Positions 12,722 through 21,476 of a stretch of 40,429 nucleotides of DNA are shown piece after piece. A program made the translations under genes and the position numbers. The notes beneath the pieces are model-generated. The model was not told where the DNA came from. It searched no databases and saw nothing but the letters and a program-made list of their open reading frames with translations. Numbering within the stretch: the stretch's first letter is position 1; the number at the start of each line of letters is the position of its first letter. Origin of the DNA: Coniocarpon cinnabarinum (taxonomy: Eukaryota); assembly GCA_051942205.1 (NCBI GenBank), contig JAVECO010000079.1:62001-102429 (forward strand), given 5' to 3'.

Positions 12722-13957
12722 ATGGCCACTGCTAAAGTAATATACTTGTCACCGCGCTTTGTCAAAGCGTCTGAACCATCCTTTGGACAGACGCTGCGCC
12801 TTGCTAGACGAGCTCGCTTCTCTACATCCTCCTACAAACGAAGACCCGAAGCCGCAACTTCTCGGTATGGCACCGCCAATGAGCCTCCTCCACATCTGGG
12901 CGGGGGTCGGGCTATCCCATTGAGCCCTCCACCGGATACACAAGAGAAGGATGCCAAAAAGCTTCCCGATCCAAGACCTGAGGAGCGAAAACTTCCAGCC
13001 AAGGCGCAGACAACGCAGCAGGAACAGTCAACAGCTCAAGCGACCGAGTCTGAAAGGAACGACGCGGAGACCCACGACACTGCCAGTGCAGACAATGCCA
13101 CGAACCAGGCGGAAGCTCAGCCTGCTACGCCCGCACCACCTCCTACGACCTCCGAGTCGCACTCCGCCCTTCAAAATATTCTACAGATGGGCGCGCCCAT
13201 GTCCACCGCGTCCGACACAGCTCCTCCACATCTCCAGACACCACGCCACGTTCACCATTTCGATACCTACAGCCTAGTCCGCGATCTCATATCCTCAAAG
13301 ACCTTCAGCGAAGAACAAGCCATCACACTCATGAAGGTCCTCCGCGTTATCCTAACCGACAACATCCACCTCGCGCGCGCAGGTCTCCTCTCTCGCTCCG
13401 ACGCAGAAATGGACGCCTACCAGTTCCGTGCCGCTTCCTCCGAACTCCGCACAGAGCTACGCCAACGCCGCGACGGGGGCGCCGAGCGCATGCGCGCGGA
13501 TCGCAGTCAATTGCAGCACGAAGTCGACATTCTGGGCCAACGTATGACGCAGGAATCCCTGAATCTCAAAGATGAGCTCCGCGGCATGTTTGACGATCGA
13601 AAAATGGGTGTCCGCACGGAAAGGCGCGTCCTCGACAATCGAATACAAGAGCTCGGGTATAAAATCACAGTGGCTATGAATTCGGGCATGCGGAATGAGA
13701 TTGAGAGTCTGCGGTTTTTGGTCACGCGGAACGCGGCGATTACGTTGGCGGCGTTTGTGTTTGGGAGTCTGGGGGCGCTGTATATGGCGAGTCGAAAGAA
13801 AGCGAGAGGGGAGCGGGCGGAGAAGGAGGGGCGGGATCGGGAGGAGGTGGAGAGGAGGTTGAGAGATGGCGCCGTGAACGTGGTGGGGAAGGGACGGGAT
13901 GAGCTGGTTAGCGAGGTGGAGAGAGGTGGAGATCCTAGTTTGGTGAGTCTTGGGTGA
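12722..13957 (+). CDS. DUF1640/CCDC90-like mitochondrial coiled-coil protein with a C-terminal TM helix
   Basis: Arg/Ser-rich presequence-like N-terminus, HHFDTYSLVRDL motif, a long coiled coil (YQFRAASSELRTEL...LKDELRGMFDDRK), and a hydrophobic helix AAITLAAFVFGSLGALY. Confidence 0.85.
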   Translation: MATAKVIYLSPRFVKASEPSFGQTLRLARRARFSTSSYKRRPEAATSRYGTANEPPPHLGGGRAIPLSPPPDTQEKDAKKLPDPRPEERKLPAKAQTTQQEQSTAQATESERNDAETHDTASADNATNQAEAQPATPAPPPTTSESHSALQNILQMGAPMSTASDTAPPHLQTPRHVHHFDTYSLVRDLISSKTFSEEQAITLMKVLRVILTDNIHLARAGLLSRSDAEMDAYQFRAASSELRTELRQRRDGGAERMRADRSQLQHEVDILGQRMTQESLNLKDELRGMFDDRKMGVRTERRVLDNRIQELGYKITVAMNSGMRNEIESLRFLVTRNAAITLAAFVFGSLGALYMASRKKARGERAEKEGRDREEVERRLRDGAVNVVGKGRDELVSEVERGGDPSLVSLG

Positions 13958-14234
13958 GTCGTCGAAACTTCATTTGTAAATTGAAGATCAGGCCGTTGAG
14001 TCGAGGAGTGGATGGAAAGCCTGTGCCAGCAGAATAGCAAAATATCTCTCTGAAGCGACACTGTCCCTCTTGCAAGCAATCGGAATATTATTATGAAGAA
14101 ACCACAGTTTAATGGCTATCGTCACATGTACTCATTTTCTCATTCTGAAAGGCAAGCATCTTTGTCACAAGCCCCTACCACTGACCTGCAAGCTATATTA
14201 AATTTATTCATCACTTTCACCATAATCAGTTTCA

Positions 14235-14374
14235 GACCCTGTAGCTCAGTGGTAAGAGCAACGCTCATCCATAGCGCTCACGATGCTGGGGGCTTGCCCA
14301 CGGCTAGGCGCAGGATAAGGCGGATTTCATCCGCCTGTCGAGCGTGGTCCTGCGTTCGATCCGCAGCGGGGTCA
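14235..14374 (+). ncRNA. tRNA-scaffold RNA copy 1 (140 nt) with a structured insert replacing the anticodon loop
   Basis: Acceptor stem GACCCTG/CGGGGTC + A73; T8A9; D arm GCTC-AGTGGTAA-GAGC; anticodon stem ACGCT(C)/(G)AGCGT; T arm CTGCG-TTCGATC-CGCAG. T-run terminator at 14381..14391 and an upstream TATATTAAAT. Confidence 0.85.
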
Positions 14375-14748
14375 AATTCCTTTTTCTTTTTGGGAGCTTT
14401 TTTGGCACGTCGCATTTGCTTCCTCACTTTTTGGTTTTAAAGGATGACGGAGGTGGTCACTGAGAGACTGTGTCTCGATTGTTGGTTGTTTGTAGAGGTA
14501 AGGCATGGCACTCGTTCTGCTCTTGGACGGGTTTCTCTCGTTTCTGTGCTAATATTAATGCTGCTCACTGCTTGTGCAACCAGTCGGCTATAGCTCGCCG
14601 ATGAAATGAAACGATGACAATCACCGTCTTCCCGACAGTTCAAAGCTCCCATCTTCTATTTCCCTTTCAGATCTCCTTGCTATTATCCTCCATGGTATCT
14701 TTCGTCCCATATACATAATTTGCTCAGTCTCGCTAATCATTACTACAC

Positions 14749-14888
14749 GGCCTCGTAGCTCAGTGGCTAGAGCAACGTCCCTTAAACCATTAACCATCCG
14801 TGTTCATGCTTGGCATGAAACGGATGGGGTTACTCGATCTAGTGATCAGAGGAAGACGTGGTCCTGCGTTCGGTCCGCAGCGAGGTCA
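14749..14888 (+). ncRNA. tRNA-scaffold RNA copy 2 (140 nt); TTA at the canonical anticodon position
   Basis: Acceptor GGCCTCG/CGAGGTC + A; D arm GCTC-AGTGGCTA-GAGC; anticodon stem ACGTC/GACGT; T arm CTGCG-TTCGGTC-CGCAG. The insert contains the hairpin CCATCCGT-G-TTCATGC-TTG-GCATGAA-ACGGATGG. T-runs follow immediately downstream. Confidence 0.85.
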
Positions 14889-15249
14889 GCTTTCTTTTTG
14901 TTTTATCGGGCTTTGCAGGAACGTTTGTGTTATTTCTTCTTTTTCATGTCGTTTCACAGAATTCATGGTGGCATTGGGAGGCTGTGACTCTATCGCTGGT
15001 CGCCAGGGCAAGATATGACACTTAAAAAGGCGCCTGATCGCCAGTCTCTTGGTTCTGAGGATGCTGCGGCTACTCATTCTATGTGACCAGACGTGACAAA
15101 TCCATTTTGGAAATAAAATGGTGATATTCATCATTATTTCAACTATGTTTCTCTTTTCCCGATCCTCATGCTCGCCCTGCCATCAACCTAATCGCTTTGT
15201 TGAGTTGAAAATACATGTTTACAATACCCAATTTCACTATACATCACCG

Positions 15250-15394
15250 GGCCGCGTAGCTCAGTGGCCAGAGTAATGCCCACATGTCAACCATCTGGGC
15301 CATTTTCTGCCGTTGTCTGGTGGACGTGGTTGGTTGAGACTTCCTTGGGGTGAGTGTTAAGCGAGTGTGCTGTGCTTGATTCGCCGCGGGGTCA
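15250..15394 (+). pseudogene. Degenerate tRNA-scaffold RNA copy 3 (145 nt)
   Basis: 5' GGCCGCGTAGCTCAGTGGCCAGAGTA and 3' CGGGGTCA match copies 1 and 2. The T arm is decayed (CTGTG-CTTGATT-CGCCG), the acceptor stem has one mismatch, and the insert has a TCAACCA/TGGTTGA stem. Confidence 0.7.
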
Positions 15395-15976
15395 TTTCGC
15401 TCGCATTTGATTCTTTTGGTCCCATTTCCTTCTGTCATGGTCTGTCGTTAAGGCTAATTCAATACGCGGATGTCATTCTTGTTGGTAACACTCCTTGCAT
15501 CCCGCCTCATTCACGCTGCTCTCATGCCATGCCATTTGTCTGTCATTGCGGAAGCCCATAGTAGTCCTATGAACTGTGCAGACTTGCAGCAGCATGAGTG
15601 CGAACAAAGCCACGAGTAACCGTGCTCCGCATTGTTGTTGCTCACTGCGTTCACTTCTTCTCAGCACAGAGGGATCGAATCAAGCTAAGCTGTGATCGTA
15701 TTTTTATCGTCGTTAGAGCTTCAAAGAACTTTGAACGGGGCTATGTCTGGAGGCCACTGTCTGAAGGTGCCAGCACCATTTCCAATAAGCCCCCATAAAT
15801 TTCAAACCCCAATCGAATATAGGTCTGCCTTCTAACAAGATCGATGAGAGTGAAGATCCATAACATCGAAAAAAGTAAGCGCCAAGTCAAAGCAAAAAAA
15901 AATGAACAAATGAACACCTTGTATGCTAAAGAGAAGATGGGCGAATTTTCAAAAAAAGAAGGAAAAAAAGACGCGA

Positions 15977-16244
15977 TGGCCAGTCGCGGAGTCGAACCTG
16001 TGTTCGCTCAAGTATAGTATAGTATAGTATAGTATAGTATAGTATAGTATAGTATAGTATAGTATAGTATAGTATAGTATAGTATATTTTAGTGGCAAGC
16101 CCAAAGGCTGCCTGTATTTGTATAGTAGTTTTAAGGCGGACCCGAAGGCCCTATATTCGTCCAGGGGCAGCACAGGGACCCAACGCGTAGTGTTCGTAGT
16201 TTGCGTTCATGAGAACAACGTGAGTCCACCTGAGCTACTCCCTT
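15977..16244 (-). ncRNA. Putative Pol III-type structured RNA (A box and B box ~230 nt apart), convergent with the array
   Basis: On the minus strand: TATATA about 30 nt upstream, A box TAGCTCAGGTGG, hairpin GGGCC-TTCG-GGTCC, B box GGTTCGACTCC, then T7 runs (plus-strand A runs at 15963..15969 and 15951..15957). The acceptor stem does not pair, so the ends are approximate. Confidence 0.55.
16011..16085. repeat. (AGTAT)15 perfect pentanucleotide microsatellite
   Basis: Read directly from the sequence. Confidence 0.97.
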
Positions 16245-17074
16245 CCAAAAATTGCGGTTAAATTTTGAAAATATATAGTGATATTTGAAAGGTCAGATAA
16301 AGCGAGCATCTTGGCTTCTGGAAGGAGCTGTGTCATTGTTACGTCAGGACCGGAGAGAACCTAATGTAATGTTGACCCTTTTGCAAAAAATTCGACATCG
16401 GCCCTGTCCTGTTGGCAGTACGTTCGATATGATGCCGACTTGCCATCGGTCTGATGCTCTTGAAGAAGCCACAAAGGGGTACTCAAGCAGGCCGAAATCG
16501 AGAACCGACCGTAACACATAGAGACGCTCCCACAAGCATGTCCACAAATGCGCCTAATAGCACATTGCGAGATCCAATGTGTTGACTGGTGCTTGAGACT
16601 CGATTTGGTGCGCAACCTCGTGGCTGAATACTCCGCTAATGCTCTTGGAGGTTGCGCTTTCACACGTGACACATCAAGATTCGCAGCTTGCCATCTAGAG
16701 TAATGTGATACACTTGAGACGGCAGCATCACGTGATCTGGGACACGCCACTGGACACCGCTCAACCTTCCCCATCTTCTCAAACCGGACCCGTCGTCGGG
16801 CTTCTGCTGCATGGTTGCACTTAATTGTTGTCTGAAAACATCTGCCCATCTTCTTTCTGCCTCCTCGTCCACCCAGATCCTGTGACTCAGCGACCGGTGT
16901 AAGCCTGGGACATTAAAGATGCGCATTTGCCTATTGCAGCCCGCTGCGCGTCGCGATCTATGCAGCCTTTCTCGCGTCGCGCTGCTTGCCAACTTGCGAT
17001 ACAGGCGGGTTAAATTTTGTTCCTGTCGAGAAAATGCCAATGCCACTGTTTTGTGAGTGGCGTGATCGACCAAG

Positions 17075-20000
17075 ATGCAGCTGGTGAAGGAGAGTTACAC
17101 AGTGGGCTGGATGCGTGCTATGTTCCCAGACATTCCAGATTAGCGCTCTCGCAATCGAGCACGCAGCCGTACGCCTCGATCAGCGCTACGAGCTTCTGCT
17201 AGCTCGGAAGAATGATACGACTTATGTGTACGGCCGTATCAGCAACCACAATGTCGTTCTCGCCTGCTTATCGCATATGGATACTACTGCTGTAGCCTAA
17301 TATGCCTCAGATTTGCAGACCGGCTTTCCGAACCTTCGCTTCTCGCTCATGGTAGGTATAGGCGACGGCGTGTTAGTCAGATATGATATCCGCTCGGGGG
17401 ACGTAGTTGTGAGCATGCCGATAAAATATTCACGGGGTGTTTGCTAATACGACCATGAGACCAAGCTATAGAATTAGCATGTCCAGACAAGAGATCCGCT
17501 AATCAACTCTCCGCGGAGCGTGCCGACCACAGCAGTGACAGTTCTCCCTTCAAAATTTAGCCGGCACCAAATTTAGGAACCCGCTGGCTAAGAGCATATC
17601 AGAGTACGCCACTACAGTTGCCATTAGGGCTCCAGTATTTCAGCGTTTTCAGGGAACGGCTGTCCATGAACTTGACGAAGCTAAGTACCGCTATCACGAC
17701 GACGCAAGATGTTGCGAAGAATGCGAATGCGATGAAGCAAAACTCGTCGCGCGATCATCTGGGGCCGTGACACCTATATACATGTTCATCAAGGCTTTAT
17801 CGCTTCTGGAAACGTAGTCATGAGGGACGTCTTGAGAGGGATCGTTTAGCACACGAGCTTGATATCATGTGCTTTGAAAAATAGGCAGATGGTCTGGCTT
17901 TAGAGCTGGGCTACCTCGTCGTATGAGGCGTTTGGAATGACTCCGACGCGCACAAGAACAAGGACTGGCAAGCATGTTCTACCGTGTTGCAGCTGGGTAC
18001 GATAGAGAGCTCCCGGTCGTTATACCGCCGCTCGAAGTCTCCACTCTCACTCGAGAACAGTACAACGATCTTGAAGAGACCCAAGATATTCTCGACTTTC
18101 TTTCTGATACAGGCTATGTTTCAGATCATTCGCACCTGAATCGGACAGGAGAAGAAGGTACAGGGAAATATTTCCTAGACGTGACTGGACTTAAAATTGG
18201 CTTGCTGATGGGCAGTCTCCTTCTTTTGTGCCCTAACGCACCCGGCGCTGGTCATGGTTTGCACTGTGGTGCAGTACCTACAAACCCTCTTTGCCGACGA
18301 TCCCAGCGTGGGGTTGAAAATACTATTACTGCAATTATGGAAGACAGCACAATCAAAGTCATAAGCCGGTCCCTGCGCGCTCGCTGCGGCAGGCTGCGGC
18401 ATACAATCGGCGTTTGCCACACACTGTACTACGACTTTTCGAGCGCCACAAAGAACCGGAACGCGGCCTCAGGCGGACGACTATCTCGACTGCCTTCAAG
18501 ACATAGTCACAGACAACTTCAGCAAGGTTATCGTTGTACTGGACGCGTTTGATGAGTTTCAAACAAACCCTCAAGCTTGATACAAAATGCAAGAGGACTT
18601 GCTTCAGGTGCAATCAGAATCAGAGGTGTTGGTGACTGCCCGGCCTGTTCCACGAATAGTAGATACTTTAGTGATGTTGCCAGCATCACGATAGCTGCCT
18701 TTGACGCAGACGTGGAGCATTACATGGAAGCACGTTTCCGCACGTTCGCCGCCTGTGTCTGAAAGAATGGTGGATTGCAGAAAGAGATAATTGACATCCT
18801 CGTGTCCACGAGTGAAAGGCTGTGAGCTTGTTTCATCATCAATTATTTGCTCAACTGACCGAAGTTTGCGAGCTTTCTACCTATGCGTCTACACAGCGAT
18901 TCTCTCAGGCAAGCGCTCTGTCCAAGTGAGGTCAGATCCATCCTAGCAAAAGCAGAAAGCGGGGCGAGCAACGCGGACATCGTGGGGTTCGAATACAGTG
19001 AAGCCTTGCAGAGGATCAAGAATCAGTCTGCAGGACATGTATGTGCTGCGCAGAAGCTGCTGACTTGGCTCACCTATGCTCAAGAATCCCTCAAGGTCCA
19101 GGAGCTTGAAAAATACCGCTTCGTCAATCCCAGGGCAGGCTTACAGCGAGGAAGAAGTTATTGACATGGAGGACTTGATGTCCTCTTGCGCTGGGCTTGT
19201 CAATTGACGAACGGTCTCATGTGACATTCGTTCATTACACAGCTAAGCAATAATTTGAGAGGCTTCCTAGTCACAATGTTGCTTGGTTGGTCCGTCCACA
19301 TTCAGAAAAAACGCTGGCGTGCTTTTCAGTTATGCTGGAAAGCCTGAATCCACCAAAGGCCGCCGAGAGCCGAACTGAAGCCATCGAGAACTCTACAGAA
19401 CATTCTGGCGGCAGGTCGGACATTGACCTCCTTCTACTTAGCCTTTCGGAGGAGCAACCTTCTTGGTCAGACGATGAATGTGCAGCATATAAGTGGCACT
19501 ACCACGCCAGATGCGCTGAATCAGCTGAGTGGGTAGATCTGGCTGTTGCTCTTTGTGAGAAGCCCGGATTTTCGAAATTCATATGCGGATACAATAACGG
19601 GACATTTGTTTCATATGAAAGCAAAAGTGAAGATGGTCACCTAGCCTTACTTCACATTGCCACGGTTCAGCGCCTTTAACGGCTCATGAAACGCCTAATC
19701 AAACAGGGGGCATCGCCTAATGGTCAGAACTTCGCAGACAAGACTCCCTTGATGGAGGCGGCTCGAGTGGATGACGATGAGGCATTAGAAATATTTCTAA
19801 AAAGCAAAGACATCGAAATTGCGCATTAGGATACACACGGTCGCAATGCATTGCATCACGCTGCTATAGGAAATAGCGCAGAAACCACTCGATTACTTCT
19901 ACATCACTGCCGCGACGAGATATATGTGGTGGAGCATGGATTCAATACCACGCAGATGGCGCTCGTTTACACGGCACATGATGGAGCCAGCGACGAAGAA

Positions 20001-20096
20001 CGCGACGAAATTATCACGATATTGGACGTGTATCTGGCCCACAAAAAGGTGCGAGAAGCGCCGATTGAGAGAGTGGATGTGGATGGATCTTCATGA
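17075..20096 (+). pseudogene. Decayed fungal NLR-type gene: PNP_UDP phosphorylase - NACHT - ankyrin repeats
   Basis: Read across stops and frameshifts. PNP_UDP: SYTVGW/ISAL, YVYGRISNHNVVLACL, FPNLRFSLMVGIGDGV..DIRSGDVVVS, GVC*YD, HQGFIASGNVVMRD, CFEK*ADGL, V*GVWNDSDAHKNKDWQ. NACHT and winged-helix remnants: EEGTGKYFL, CPNAPGAG, VIVVLDAFDE (~18524..18556), YSEALQRI, LLTWLTYA, FVHYTAKQ*F. Ankyrin: KTPLMEAAR, GRNALHHAA. Confidence 0.88.
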
Positions 20097-21476
20097 GTGC
20101 GATTCAACAGAATGATGACAGTACAATTAGTAGGTTGTTGTCTTTGAAGGGTTTTTTTTCGCAGAATTTAAAGATAAAGTCGGCACCAAAAGTGCGGACG
20201 GTGAGTACATCTGGGATTTTCCGTTGAAGCAGGCCTTCAAAAATCCCGCTGCACGATGTCTCAAGTTAGTATGTGTCGCGATTTTGAACAGCTTTGCCAC
20301 CATGTAATTCTGGCACCAGCGCAAAGTGTGCAAGAGCATTCGTCAGGGCTGGCGCACCTCGATTGCAGCGTTCCATTTGAACAGAGCGTGAGCTGGCTGC
20401 GTCATTGTCCACCGACAGATAAACATGTGGCGAACCTCATTCCCGAAAACTATCCGCAGAGGTCGATGCTGCACGGGTCCGGGACTTGCAGACCGAGAAC
20501 TTACCGCATTACCGTACAGTGTTTTCTTACACACAGGAAGGATCAGGCGTCGTGCTAATGGTTCTACGCCTAGGTGTCTTCATGCTGGAAGCTCACTTCG
20601 TAAGATCAAGCTTTGCCACAACTAAGTGGCTGAGCGTAAATTCGGCAACACGCAAAACACAATACGGGAAGAAGTGGCGTAGACACTACAGCCTGCATAA
20701 TATTATCCTCTTGAAGTTCGATTTCTCCCGGCAGGATGGGTCACCCTGAGCAATAGTCGACATGGTAGCCGGAAAAGAGCCAAGTTTTAACTTTGCGCCA
20801 GACCGCCCCTATGCGAGCCTACCATGCTCATACATGGGCCACGCTGAAATCGAACTGAGAATTACTCCCAGTCTGCCGTTCGCAATTTTTTTTATTTAAC
20901 ACAAAGATATCGCGAAACTCGGAGCTGGAGCCCCGCACACATCACAGATTATTCTTGGCAGTCGCCTAGCCGCGAGAACCAGGACCTCATCTTGTCATGC
21001 TGACGATGTTCTGCTTGTCTGAACAATATAATACTATCCATCGCTACAAAGCGGTCAACCTTGTCTTAAGGTACTCGAAGAATTGTTTCGCAATCATGTA
21101 CATTTCCCGCTAGATTTCCATTCATGACTCACTCTGGAGCCATCATACAGCCTCAAATACCAGCGACACTCCTTCGCCTCTACAGCCACCATCCGTGAGG
21201 CTGTTGATGAGTCACACAGATATTACGCGATGAAAGCTAGAAGGCTCAACAAGCCATATCAGGCATTGACATCCAGGCCTTCCATAACAAAAAGATCTGC
21301 TACCAAAATTTAGCGCGCATAAGCAGGCCCTTCCTATTCAAAAATCCCGAGTCTAGCTAGCCAATTTGCAAGCTTCGTTCGCACATACTGATGTGTTACC
21401 AACTATCTGAGCCAAAAATACATGCTTGAGCTTCGAATTTACTGGTTCGACCACACCGTTCTGCTGACTGAGAAAC

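Noticed and set aside
13975..13982. Puf3 element in the 3' UTR of the mitochondrial DUF1640 gene
   Set aside because: TGTAAATT does not match the TGTAHATA consensus, and a single near-match is expected by chance.
14235..15394. Calling the units ordinary tRNA-Gly, tRNA-Trp, tRNA-Leu or tRNA-Met genes
   Set aside because: The anticodon register is ambiguous, U33 is absent at the canonical position, and near-identical bodies carry different triplets, so no isotype is supportable.
15949..16173. ORF with repeated ILYYT peptide
   Set aside because: Translation artefact of the (AGTAT)15 microsatellite.
14235..16244. CRISPR-like repeat-spacer array
   Set aside because: Eukaryotic context, the conserved parts are tRNA arms rather than direct repeats, the period is ~500 bp, and no cas genes are present.
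17075..20096. NLR gene rescued by A-to-I editing of premature stops
   Set aside because: The stops are a mix of TAA, TAG and TGA at non-Trp consensus positions and are accompanied by frameshifts, which editing cannot restore.
20256..20749. Possible HET-domain or kinase-like gene remnant (SWLRHC...; VLRLGVFMLE)
   Set aside because: Only faint motif echoes in different frames; not assignable without a profile search.
20834..20870. Minus-strand GTTCGATT resembling a tRNA T-loop/B box followed by CGTGGCCCA
   Set aside because: The T stem is poor, and there is no matching A box, 5' acceptor strand or T-run terminator.
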